64,000 nucleotides of DNA, taken from assembly GCF_002105155.1 (NCBI RefSeq), contig NW_019028992.1, forward strand, positions 1 to 64,000, in the 5' to 3' direction. Positions 22,505 through 33,806 of the stretch are shown here, piece by piece. Positions within the stretch are counted from its first letter, which is position 1, and every line of letters begins with the position of its first letter. Source of the stretch: Lobosporangium transversale (taxonomy: Eukaryota). Below the pieces are notes generated by a model, which was not told the origin of the DNA, ran no database searches, and was given only the letters and a program-made list of their open reading frames with translations. A program made the translations under genes and the position numbers.

Positions 22505-24547
22505 CAGTGGCTTCCAAAATTGTCCACATGTTCCACGCCCATGTTTTCCATCTTGATTAGAATAATAGCGATGTTTGCTTGCACTTTTATCTTTATCAGA
22601 ATAAACAAGTATGCCAATGATAAGTGTACTGGTCCAGTTTAAAATATCTCTAGTCTCATTCATCATGGTTTTTCATTGACAACAGTATTTAATGTCATTT
22701 GGACAATTATACACTATCATGCAAAACTGAAAGTATAATTCATTCCCATGTCCATTTCTTTTTCTCATTCCTAGAAACCGTATATGCATACACCACTCAC
22801 ACTTTGGTTTAATAAAGCTCCCGTCTTCTTCTACGTCATAGTTATGCGCTGTGGCATTAGCTTGTCTCATTTAGAAAGTTAATGACTTTTTCGTTCATGC
22901 ACGTCTCTCTTTCAGTTTTGCATGTGCTCTCAAATGTTGCCCATGACAACATCTGGTCGTCATTAAATGCGAATAAAAGAAGGACTTTCTCTCTTTCCTT
23001 TATGAACACTTGCTTAACTCTCTCTTAACTACACCTTCACAGAATATGAGACCCACTCCACAAAGGAAAGTCAACGAAGCCAGGAGGTGAATGATGGCAG
23101 GCATGTCTACTAGAGAAGCTGCTGCTAGTGTCGGTATATCACAATGGACGGCCAACAAGATCTATGCAAAGAATAAAGAGTACATGCCAGTTAATAAAGG
23201 TGGTCGACCAAGGAAATAACCTATAGATATCACGCAGTATCTTAAGGTGAACATGAAACGAGGTACACTCAAGTCTGCAGTTGAGGCCACCGTCAGGGCC
23301 AACCAGCTCATACCAGCGGCTGTTTCTGAGACCACCGTTAGACGACGGCTCAGGAGTCGGGATTAACAGCAAAGAGGCGTGTACGTAGGCCAGCTCTGCG
23401 GCGAAGACATATTAAAGCCCGTTTGCATTTTCTCAACAAGTATAAGGAATGGACTCTGGAAGATTGGAAAAAGGTTATTTGGTCAGATGAATCGAAAACA
23501 AGCGGAATCTGCTCTGATGGCGTGCAGTGGATCTGGGACGCACTCCGAGACGCCTCACTCGCAGGTCGGTGTAAGGCACTGTCAAGTTTGGAGGTGGTAA
23601 CGTTAAAGTGTGGTCATGCTTCTCATGGTACGGACCTGGATACATTGCAAAGATTGACAATAATATGGACGCACAACTTTACATCAAACTACGGCAGGAG
23701 GATCTACAGATGTCCCTTAATGACTGGGGGCTAAGTAAAAGTGATATCGTCTTTCAGCACGACAATGACTCGAAGCACACGGCGAGGATTGTTAGGAAGT
23801 ATTTAGAGTCAGTACATCTGACAGAAGAGGAAGGTACACTTCTAGAGTGGCCAGCACAATCCCCTGACCTCAACCCTATTGAACACATGTGGGCAGAATT
23901 GGATAGGCGGCTCTCTAGATATCCGGAGCGAGCTAAGAGTTATGATGAACTATGGGAGCGAATATCGGTTGAATGGTACAGGATCCCAGTGGACTTCTGC
24001 CGCAAACTCATCATAGGTATTCATAAGAGACTCCAAGTTGTTAGTGACGCCCATGGTTGGAATACTATCTATTGATGTAAGGATATGGCTTACAAAAGAA
24101 TAAAGATCTTCGGCCATCGAATGAGCACATGCAAAACTGAAAGAGAGACGTGCATGAACAAAAAAGTCATTAACTTTCTAAATGAGACAAGCTAATGCCA
24201 CAGCGCATAACTATGACGTAGAAGAAGACGGGAGCTTTATTAAACCAAAGTGTGAGTGGTGTATGCATATACGGTTTCTAGGAATGAGAAAAAGAAATGG
24301 ACATGGGAATGAATTATACTTTCAGTTTTGCATGATAGTGTATAATTGTCCAAATGACATTAAATACTGTTGTCAATGAAAAACCATGATGAATGAGACT
24401 AGAGATATTTTAAACTGGACCAGTACACTTATCATTGGCATACTTGTTTATTCTGATAAAGATAAAAGTGCAAGCAAACATCGCTATTATTCTAATCAAG
24501 ATGGAAAACATGGGCGTGGAACATGTGGACAATTTTGGAAGCCACTG
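22505..24547 (+). mobile_element. Tc1 element with ~425-bp TIRs at the palindrome centre
   Basis: TA-CAGTGGCTTCCAAAATTGTCC ... GGACAATTTTGGAAGCCACTG-TA around a Tc1 transposase. Confidence 0.9.
23046..24075 (+). pseudogene. Frameshifted Tc1 transposase, DD39E spacing
   Basis: Fragments in different frames: GGRP, WTLEDWKKVIWSDES, VFQHDND and SPDLNPIEHMW. I counted 39 residues from D to E. Confidence 0.88.
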
Positions 24548-24739
24548 TAGTCACTACGGTTTTAAAGGACTCTAGGCTAGAGCATAGATGACTAATAGAA
24601 TAGAGATTTCTAATGTTGATAACCTCTATAGTCTAAAAAGTCGGGTCTTTTATGGTAAAAAATGATAAAAATATAAAATTGGCAATTTTTTATATTTTTT
24701 TTGGCTAAATTTAAGCAATTCTGGCTAGACGTAGAAATA

Positions 24740-27071
24740 GAGTCCTCGCCAAAAAGTCATAAACTGGGTATATTTTACAATACTCAATTTGAATTAAAAA
24801 TTTGAAAAATAAAAATTTACGTACGAAGACAAAAATGCATATATTTTTTGAATAGAAGGAATGAATTAGATGCATGGCCACCAAACCAATTCAATCTTCG
24901 TTTTTAATTAGAAATATTAGAATTTGCGAGAAATGGGCAACATCATTCTCAATCTCATTCTCGATCTCATCCTCATTGTCAACCTACTTTATTCGCAATC
25001 TTCAGATAGTAAAATGTCTTTCCCTTTTGATATCAATAACCTACTCTCATACAACGATCTTGGTGGTTGGTATAGCGAAGGAAATATCGACCAAATGATT
25101 TCAGGCACACCCTTCACTCCGCCTCGAAGATCGCCACAACTGCCCACTGAAGCCGATCTCTCCCCTATTAGGTCTCCTACCGAATATCAATGGATTACTC
25201 CTCCCAGAAACGAGCCAAGGAGTTCTACCTCATTAGAGCAATTCGGTGAGCGTCCCAATACCCTCGATTTAAATCCATTCTTGTCAGACAAACAAACTGG
25301 AGAGAGAAAAAAGGCATTTACACGCAGTAAAGCGTCCGTTACTAAAGACGAATACGCGATAATAGCTCATACATATAATGCTATAATGAATGCGCCACCA
25401 GCAGTCCAAGACTGGTTTAAGAAGACAGACAACAGAGCAATGGACCTTTCGATTCTGATGGGTGTAGGGAGAAACACCTGTGTGGCAGCAATTAAATATG
25501 CACAAACAGGCATCGTCGAAATGACAGGGCGAGGAAGAACTGGACGCCCTAAAAAAGAAGCGGACAAGGATTTAAACTCGAAGGTGCTGAATATCATAGT
25601 TGACTCAAACAAGAGCGGGACTCCTAATTCTGCGGGTTTAATTGCAAACCAACTGAAAGAAGACTTTGAAATCGACAGATCAGCAAGATCAATCACTCGC
25701 GACCTCCGTAAAATGGGACTGTATTGGGGCAAAGGGATCCGACAGAACTTTTTGCACGACTCCAAGGAGAATATTGCCTTCCGAGCTACTTACCTGAAGC
25801 GCCGTCTTAAGAATTTAAAACTAGTAGACGGCAGTTGGGTGCCTAGGACTCCAGAGGTCTTCTTGGACGAGTCTTACTGCCACATTGACCATGCTGCAGC
25901 AAGACGTTGGGTGCAAAGTGGCGGTGGTGTCATTAACGATGCAGGAAGGAAACCAATCATGGTTATATTTGCAGCCTTCATTGTATATTATGATGAAGCT
26001 GCTAAAAAGGTTGAAGGCAAATTCGTTAATGATAGCGTGTATGTTTGGCCATCAAAGGGACCAAAGCCTCAATCAAAAAAAGGCCAAGAGCAGGAGGCTG
26101 AACTGTGGGATGACGTACCTGAGGAGATCAGGAATGCAGGGGTCGTGGCAACAGATCACGATTATCATGGAAACTTCAACGCTAGTTTGTTCGATAGTAT
26201 CTTTAAGCGACTTTGTGAGAATCTCAATAAGATGGGACTTGGCCCTTGTAAAATCCATCTTGATGGCGCTTCATATCACTTTCACAAGAAAAACAGGAAA
26301 CCAACCAAGAGCGACACTGTGAAAACTATCAAAGAGTGGCTCACGGGCAAGGAGATTGTTATTCCAACAAGGGAAAATGGAAAAGCACTGAACAAAAACG
26401 AGCTTATGGAATTGGTTAACGCTCTTCCTGATGAGTCGTATTTCTCTATCAGTAAAATAGCCCAGGAGAATGGTGGACATGAAATCCTCAAGACTCCACC
26501 CTACCATTGCGAGCTACAACCTATTGAGAAGATCTGGGCAGTTGTGAAAAACATAATTGCCTCGAGAGCAATGGTGAAAATGACATCCATCTTGCTGAAA
26601 AAAAGGCTACTAAGCTTGTTTTCCCAGATTCCGTGTAAAGTCTTTTACTCTGTATGGAAGAAGTCTGTGAAAATTGGCATGAGATACTATAACGAGAGGA
26701 GTCATGCACAGGAAGAAATAGTCGAAGAGGTTTATCAAGAGGTTTTTGATGAAAACGAGCCTATTGTGGACCTTAGTGACACTTTCAAAGTCGACAATAG
26801 TGAGTGGGATGCAGAACTCATTAGAGTACTAAATCAAGAGCGAGCTGAAGCTGTTACCCTAGGCCCTGAGATAGTGGATCTTACGCTAGATGCTGGAAGC
26901 ATGTTTAATGTGATAGAGGATAGCGAGTCTGAGGACGAGCCTCTTATCAATCGAAAACGCTCTCGAATTTTGAGTTTGTACGTATTTTTCCCGCGTCTAA
27001 AAGTGGAAGTATTCTATTCAATTTAAAAGCCTGAAAAATATATCCAGTTTATGACTTATTGGCGAGGACTC
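24740..27071 (+). mobile_element. IS630-Tc1-mariner element, Sailor-like (copy 2, 2332 bp)
   Basis: Inverted copy of 19981-22312 with TA on both sides. Confidence 0.92.
24924..27026 (+). CDS. DD87E transposase (Sailor-like), copy 2; likely ATG at 24933 or 25014
   Basis: Translation identical to copy 1. Confidence 0.9.
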   Translation: MREMGNIILNLILDLILIVNLLYSQSSDSKMSFPFDINNLLSYNDLGGWYSEGNIDQMISGTPFTPPRRSPQLPTEADLSPIRSPTEYQWITPPRNEPRSSTSLEQFGERPNTLDLNPFLSDKQTGERKKAFTRSKASVTKDEYAIIAHTYNAIMNAPPAVQDWFKKTDNRAMDLSILMGVGRNTCVAAIKYAQTGIVEMTGRGRTGRPKKEADKDLNSKVLNIIVDSNKSGTPNSAGLIANQLKEDFEIDRSARSITRDLRKMGLYWGKGIRQNFLHDSKENIAFRATYLKRRLKNLKLVDGSWVPRTPEVFLDESYCHIDHAAARRWVQSGGGVINDAGRKPIMVIFAAFIVYYDEAAKKVEGKFVNDSVYVWPSKGPKPQSKKGQEQEAELWDDVPEEIRNAGVVATDHDYHGNFNASLFDSIFKRLCENLNKMGLGPCKIHLDGASYHFHKKNRKPTKSDTVKTIKEWLTGKEIVIPTRENGKALNKNELMELVNALPDESYFSISKIAQENGGHEILKTPPYHCELQPIEKIWAVVKNIIASRAMVKMTSILLKKRLLSLFSQIPCKVFYSVWKKSVKIGMRYYNERSHAQEEIVEEVYQEVFDENEPIVDLSDTFKVDNSEWDAELIRVLNQERAEAVTLGPEIVDLTLDAGSMFNVIEDSESEDEPLINRKRSRILSLYVFFPRLKVEVFYSI

Positions 27072-27625
27072 TAAAAGCGGGGTTGCGAAAACTCTCTATT
27101 AGCGAGTTTTCGCAACTGCGTTTTTACATCAAAATTTACATCGGGAAGTGAAAAAAAAACCTTAAAACACAACTCTATTTTTTAAAAATTAGCTTGTCGT
27201 AAATTTGTAATGTAAACCACATCAAGATCCGTATTTCCTGTACTTTTACATCAAGCCCATAATTGCTTAATTTATATAGAAGCGCATGGGAAGCGATGGC
27301 ACAGGATCATAAAAAATATTTAAGAGAAAAAGCTGCGGCGACTGGTATTATTGGAGAAGAGGACGAGCGCCGTCATTTAATCAACCTGGCATATGAGCTG
27401 GAGCAGGAAGCTCACCAACAAAGAACAAACAATCTAGAGAATCGTAAGCGTGTTCATGAAGCATATCTGCAGAACAACAGAGATGGTGAGGCTTTGCGAG
27501 AAGCTGCTATGTCGCGAGCCGTACGAAAACGTTCTTCAGATTCTTCCGAAACCTCATCTTCGACGGACATAAGTCGACACCGGAAAATGAGACGCACAAG
27601 GGATAATAGTGAGCTGAGCAAGCTA

Positions 27626-29220
27626 TGGTGCGTGCCAAAACTGATGCAATAATTTGCATTTTTTAACATTCATTCCTCATTCTCCTTTTCCTTTCTAATG
27701 ATCTTCCCTACCATCACCGCTTCTCATTCTCATTTGTCTCACCTTCGTAGACTGTCATCGCTGTTCTCATCAATGACGCAATTAGCGAATAATCGCCATT
27801 TGTATAGTCATGTCTCATTGCATCAGTTTTGGTAAAAAGTACATGTCAGGTTTGTCCATCCCTTACTTCTTTCTTATTCTTTATTCTTTCTTTATAGCAC
27901 CATCACCACTGATACACCAAGCGACACTCTACATATCTGCCATATCTTTATCATAACATGAAATCATTATCCAAATCAACTATCCAAAATGCAACTGCTC
28001 TACTTCATCAGGGAAAGTCTTCCAGAGAAGTGTCAAAGAGTTTAGGGATATCTGTTACCTCAGCTCAAAGGATTAGGAAAAGAGGCAAAGAAAGTATTCC
28101 AGTGCTGAGAGGGGGCCGACCCTGCAAAGTTACTAAGAAAACGAAACAGCTTTTATCAAGATTTTTTGACATGGGTGTATTGGAGACCCTAAAAGATGGC
28201 CAACAACTTGTTCAATTGAGGGAAGGAGTGCAGGTTAGTAAATCGAGCATCAGGAGGTTCCTTATGCAGGATGATATGGGGGCATATGTAAAACAGAAGC
28301 AGCCTGATCTGACGAAGAAGCAAATCTATGCTCGATATAATTTTGCAAAGGATCACTTGGACTGGACTCTAGAAGACTGGAAGAACGTCATGTTCTCAGA
28401 TGAGACCATCTTTAGCAGAGTTGGGTCCTGCGGAAGAAAGTACTACTACAAGCATCGATGGGATAAAACTCTACGAGCACATCATATCAAAAAGACAAGG
28501 CAAGGCGGTGGAGGCAAAATGATGTTCTGGGGTTGTATAACTTACTACGGACCAGGCGATGGCTGCTGGCTCCAAGAGAAGGTGGATTCGGTAACATACG
28601 TCGACGTTCTCAAGGATTATGTCTTTAAGTCCAGGGATTACTACTTGATGGATAAGGACAAATTTATATTTCAGCAGGACAATGCTAGGATTCATACCGG
28701 AAGAATAGCAATGACCTATATCCAAAAGTCTAAGATACCTCTCATGGAATGGCCAGCAAACTCTCCTGACATCAACCCAATAGAAAACATACATGAAGGT
28801 GCAGTTGGATCATTATCCAGACAAGGCAAAGAATATGGAGGATCTCTGGGAGAGAGTCCAAGACGTATGGACACATATCCCTCCTGAATTCTTACACAAA
28901 CTATACTGCGGTATGCCGAAGAGGATGAGGGAGTTATATAAGGCTAAAGGAGGGAACATCGTTAGGGGAAAGGAGAAGTAACAGGTATAAATAAAAACAA
29001 GAAGTTGTTAATTGCCATAATAGATGCAATGAGATGCTGAAAGCAAATTGCAATTAAATGCTAATTAGGCCACTGATGGCGATGACGATGAGACTCCATG
29101 GAGGTGAGACAAATGAGAATGAGAAACGGTGGTGGCAGGGAAGATCATAAAGTGGAAGAAGGAGAATGAGGAATGAATGTTGAAAAATGCAATTTATTGC
29201 ATCAGTTTTGGCACGCACTA
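27626..29220 (+). mobile_element. Tc1 element with TA TSD
   Basis: Ends T(G/A)GTGCGTGCCAAAACTGATGCAATAA with ~200-bp imperfect TIRs. TA at 27624-27625 and 29221-29222. Confidence 0.93.
27958..28981 (+). pseudogene. Tc1 DD34E transposase with an 8-bp deletion just after the catalytic E
   Basis: MFSDET, FQQDNA and SPDINPIEN. TGGGCATA is missing between CATA microhomologies relative to the copy near 15061-15070. Confidence 0.9.
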
Positions 29221-29363
29221 TAGTTATTGAAACAAAAGAATATTTGGAGTATTCAAAAGCCGCTGAAGCAGAACATCGTGCCGACATCAAAGAGATATTG
29301 AGGGCTGTGCAGAGTAGTTGTGCAGCACTCCATGAACTATTAGCAAAGAAATAAAAAAAAAAT

Positions 29364-30467
29364 TTATTCGTGATAAGGAACCTCATCGTATAGATCAGGC
29401 CGAATATATTCATCAATTGCAGGGGGATCTACTTCAAAATGGGATGATGTGTTTGATCCATAGTAGCATGTATGGATATTTGTGAAGATCACTGCACATT
29501 GATAGTATCGGGCAACAGGGGAAAGCAACACTTTGAGGTTTTTTTTGAAATCAATAAAGGCGAATAATCCCGCAACTTTACCAAATCCCCATTCGACAGC
29601 TATTCGATGTTTGGACATGGAGCTATTGAAAGCCTGTTGCAGTGGAGTTAATGGAACAGGAGCTGTTCTATATGGTATCAGTACGTGTTGTGTAAGCATA
29701 TAAGCTGGGTCTCCATAAATAGCGAGAGGTTCCCTGTCTTCTGTCCAAGCATGTTCCTCTAAAACCTCCTGTAAACCAGATGTCCGCATTATGGTCAGAT
29801 CATGAGTCCTTCCATCAAAAGGGCCTCGCAAGTCAACGATTATTCCGTCGGGAGTCAGGACGGATTGATACTTGAAACCATGGCTGTGATAGTGGCCATT
29901 GTAAATTGAACGCTGGCCAAAACTTGGGCGAGCAGAGGCGCGTAATGTACCATCAACGAAAGCAAAACAACAATCTAATGGAGCGCCAGCACTAAATATT
30001 TTACTTGCAAACCCGGAAAGCACAGCGGGGGTGAGTCGGATAGGGTCGAAGGTAAGGAGTCTTGCCCATCGGATGGTTACAAACCGAACAACAAGATTAA
30101 ATATTCTACTAAGGGCCGGAATAGAGCGACCGAAGACTTGCATTGCGGTGTAGAGTCGACAAGGATATGCAAGTCGATACAGCAAGATAGCTAACCCTTC
30201 AAAAGCATCAACAATGTCGCGTTGAATAGTTTGAAAGTACTCAGGAAACCGAAGGTGAGTAATTATTTCTCGCATTTGTCCTTTGGAAAATCTGAATATC
30301 ATACGAAAATCTGCATCAGAAAGAGCATCCAAATCGATACGATTATTATGGAGCCGAGGTACCTGAAAGTCGACAATGCCCTCGTAATTGTCATTCTCGT
30401 CTTCGTCAAGGAACTGCTGGAGGTTGGCGAGGTTTGAAAGAATGGTTGCAAAGTGGACGTTTGACAT
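29364..30467 (-). CDS. Harbinger-type DDE transposase (DDE_Tnp_4-like), intact
   Basis: LYRLAYPCR, AFVDGT, YNGH, GPFDGRTHD, IYGDPAY and FNSSMSKHRIAVEWGFG motifs. Confidence 0.92.
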   Translation of the reverse strand: MSNVHFATILSNLANLQQFLDEDENDNYEGIVDFQVPRLHNNRIDLDALSDADFRMIFRFSKGQMREIITHLRFPEYFQTIQRDIVDAFEGLAILLYRLAYPCRLYTAMQVFGRSIPALSRIFNLVVRFVTIRWARLLTFDPIRLTPAVLSGFASKIFSAGAPLDCCFAFVDGTLRASARPSFGQRSIYNGHYHSHGFKYQSVLTPDGIIVDLRGPFDGRTHDLTIMRTSGLQEVLEEHAWTEDREPLAIYGDPAYMLTQHVLIPYRTAPVPLTPLQQAFNSSMSKHRIAVEWGFGKVAGLFAFIDFKKNLKVLLSPVARYYQCAVIFTNIHTCYYGSNTSSHFEVDPPAIDEYIRPDLYDEVPYHE

Positions 30468-31262
30468 GTTGGCGATTTTTTTATTTTACAGGGCGAAGTA
30501 TTTATTTAAAAATCAGTCACAGTGTTAGAAATACATGGAAAAATCGTTCTGTGTATTATTAATGGCGAAAATGAAAATGGCCATTTTTTCGAAAACACAT
30601 CAAGCCCATTTAAGTTCATTCTCAGCTGATGTAAATCCTTGATGTAAATTTGGTTGCGAAAACTCGCTATTAAGTCCATTGTTCCATTGATTTGTTCGAA
30701 AAAACAACGTCTCTCTTTATTTTTTCTTTCCAAGTGAAACTTAAGGGGTGTATTAATATATAGATAAATCGAATTAATTTATTTTATTTTATATTGTACC
30801 ACTCTCCACCACAGCCGCTCCATCTTACTGACCACTCCATCTTACTGGGTTGCTGAATTTTATTTAAGTGACCGGATCACTGGATTTGAGGTTAGTTTCC
30901 TTGGTCACTGAAACATTTTTGTAGCGGTTTCTTTTATTGATAGCCATTTTTTTTTTTTATTTTTTGAGAGGTGAGCTCTATGCCATGCGATTCTTTTATT
31001 TTTTTTTATTTATTTTTTTTTTTTAGATCCTTTGGTCGACTCCAGACTCCAGTAAAAGAATTGTGTTAGTAAATACATGGACTTTTAATTAACTAATAAA
31101 CTGTGATACTTGGTCTATGCCATACCTTTTTTATTTTTTATTTATTTATTTTTTTTTTTTTTTTTTTTTTTTTTGGAAAAAGTTGCAGATGTAATGACAG
31201 TGTTCATCCATTGAACGTAGACAGGGTATCGGAGCCATCTTGAGAGGCTTGAGAAAGTACTT

Positions 31263-33245
31263 TTATTGGCCGTCCAGAATCCTTTGAAGCTTTGGCTTGT
31301 TAAAGGATGGTCGTAGCCATGAGAGTGGTACTTTGGGATCCGGGCTTGCATGAATCTTCACTTGACGAAGTTGTTCAACAGTCTGTTGAACTTTTACTCT
31401 GACATGCTCAAAGATCTCCATTAAATGAACAAGTGGAAAAGTGTTCATTGCCTCTGTTGGAATATAACTGGTTGCAAATTTACGCATGACATAAGTAGCC
31501 TCTGCATGAATCTTGAGTGTATAAAAATCTGCAACTGGCTCTAATAAAACAATGTATTAAAAATATATAAACTTAAATGTTTAATGTAATAAGTTAATTA
31601 AATACATGTGTATACGACACGCCATGATATGACATACCATGTATATGTATTCCAATGACGCAAACATCACTCTTTGGCTGGAGTTTCAAAATGGCATCAA
31701 GTGCCAACTTCATTTCTTGGCCAAGTTTGCTAAGGTCGTCCCAAATCTGATTGTACCCTCGATTCTTGGCTAATTTTCCTTCAAGTAACAGGACTGAAAC
31801 TTCCTGACTTCCGATCTGTGTTGTAACAGAAAAGTCAGGGACCATTAGGTTTGATTTCGAGTCTCTAGTTTCATTCTGGATTGGTGTCCTAAATTTTAAA
31901 TTAATTACAACGTTAAATGAATAGAACCATATCAAAAAGAAGCTGAATGGTAAGTTGGTATAGTTTTACCAGACACTCATCGTATGCTTTAAATTTCCCA
32001 AATATATGTCCAAGAAGGGTCCCAATTGGCATTTGAGATACGTGTCTTCGTTCCTACCCTTTGTGGTCCAGAGTTGTCTCCCATCGACCATCTTCATCAG
32101 TATAGTCTTAAGTACTGAATTTTGAGGTGCAGAGTCCGCCAGTAATTGCTCAAGTTCCTCATATGTACTGTTTGCCAGTCGATGGGTCCATTGATGCGCC
32201 TCAAATAGAGCTTCACCTGAGAGGGACTGAATAGGATCCTTGAGGGCTTTACAGATGATATCCCAAGTTTGATCTTCAACTTCTCCTTGTAATCCTCCCA
32301 CCTGATACTCAGCTTCTATTAAAAAGATGAAGTTGATGGCCCTGTTCAAAAAAAAAAAAAAAAAAAAAAAAACACACATGGAAGTAAGGATTAATATTGG
32401 TTATTTATTCAGTTTAGCCTGGGAGAATTCAACACAAAATGCATGTAAGACTTACAACTTCTCATATGAGCCCGTGAGTCCACCGTTGTTTTCAACGATG
32501 CGATCTCTACACGCCATCAGTTCACCACCGACATCAACTCCATCACACATCCAAAGCTCACTAACATTCGACTCGAGTCTTCCAGGTCCGTCTAAAAAGT
32601 CCCAACTGTACAATACAGATGTTGAGACGACCGACTCTCCATTTTCTGAAAATGAAAGATCTGCAGAATCGCTTGAGGAAACATGCGATCCAAATGATAC
32701 TTAAAAAAAAATAAGTGCTTTTCGTTATTCAAGTGCTTCATGTATGTCAGTATCCATTATACTCAAAGTTATATTATCAATGCACTCACCTCTTCTAGAC
32801 TCTTTGCAAACATGTTTCATTATAGGGGTTTCAACTGAATTCTCGTTATCTAGGAACACAACCAAAGAAATGTCAGAGGATATTTGTACTAAATGAGCAT
32901 TATAACAGTCATTTTCGATTACCTCTCGTTCGTTTTGAACTCTGTTGTTGTTTCTCCTTGTTCATATCTAAAGGGAGCAACAAATGATAGTGAAATTAGA
33001 AAGTATTTATTGCAACAACAACAACAACAACGACAACGACAACAACAACAACAACAACAATAATAATAATAATAATAATAACAATAATAATAATAATAAC
33101 AGTAATAATACCTGAATTAGTGACATCGTAGGGTGTGGATGATACAGCGGATGTCGTAAAGGATGGCGCAGTTGACACAGATGAGCATGAATCTAATCAA
33201 GAGAAAAGAGAGTTATCAATATCCACTGTCTTGAGTAGGGCAGAA

Positions 33246-33280
<35 letters not shown>

Positions 33281-33806
33281 GGAGGGAGATAATGCTATCA
33301 TTCAGCGTTGAAGTCATTGGGTAATCAACATTTGCAGGATCAGTTAAGATCTGCTGAACGATACCTGTGGTATTAAAGATTTCCAAAGTGTCTCTGGTAA
33401 CGGCCTGGACAGATGCTAATGATTGAGCTCGGCCTTCATCTTTCACAGCAGATGCATGTGATATCTTCACAATTTGACCATTAATTAGTAATGTCATCTA
33501 TAATGTCCAACATTATTAATAGTAAAGGGCTATAAATACCTGCTTTTCCCGTTCCTTGGTATCATTCCAGTACTGCGCTATATTCTGCTTCTGGGATCTA
33601 AACCTCGATAGTAAAACGTCCCCTTTACTAGTGTCCTGCTGCATAGTCAGTGCAATCAATCTGCGATATTCCTGGCCAGCAAAATCCTTCTGTTTGTAGG
33701 AGAATTTATGAAATTGAAAGAAGCTGATTGGCGAAATATTGTCGATATCTTGCTTCTCCAAGTATTCTTGATATAGTTGATTAGGGGGGATGGATTGCGA
33801 GCTCAT
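31263..33806 (-). CDS. Multi-exon gene with a C-terminal PD-(D/E)xK restriction-endonuclease-like domain
   Basis: Exons bounded by GT-AG: MSSQSIPPNQ..., NEDTYLK..LGPFLD, VPDFSV..VLLLEGK..DDLSKLGQEMK..LD and FYTL..ATYVM. The middle exon structure and intactness are uncertain. Confidence 0.6.
33012..33110. repeat. Compound (CAA)n/(TAA)n microsatellite
   Basis: Read directly. Confidence 0.9.

Larger units (their letters stand above)
19979..27073. repeat. 7.1-kb palindrome: 2951-bp inverted arms (19979-22929, 24123-27073) around a 1193-bp spacer
   Basis: Mirror coordinates sum to 47052 for all duplicated ORFs, and the 700-aa translations are identical. I spotted two mismatches (22284/24768 and 22892/24160). 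Confidence 0.98.
19843..27097. mobile_element. Ends of a PHIS-type element enclosing the palindrome
   Basis: Perfect 23-bp inverted repeat GAGTTTTCGCAACCCCGCTTTTA at 19843-19865 and 27072-27094. 19843-19980 is colinear with the left end of the element starting at 27101. Confidence 0.7.
27263..29354 (+). pseudogene. Accessory (second) gene of the PHIS element, split by a Tc1 insertion
   Basis: Removing 27626-29222 restores one frame: ...SELSKL|VIETKEYLEYSKAAE...HELLAKK*. The stop is 9 bp from the transposase stop. The 5' end is unclear. Confidence 0.75.
27101..30668 (-). mobile_element. PIF/Harbinger-superfamily (PHIS, Pangu-like) element with two convergent genes
   Basis: Perfect 16-bp TIR AGCGAGTTTTCGCAAC, ATT on both sides (27098-27100 and 30669-30671), and subterminal TTTACATC repeats at both ends. 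Confidence 0.9.

Noticed and set aside
22673..24379. Duplicated 65-aa ORF MRQANAT...
   Set aside because: It lies inside the Tc1 TIRs, the duplication is explained by the inverted repeat, and there is no coding evidence.
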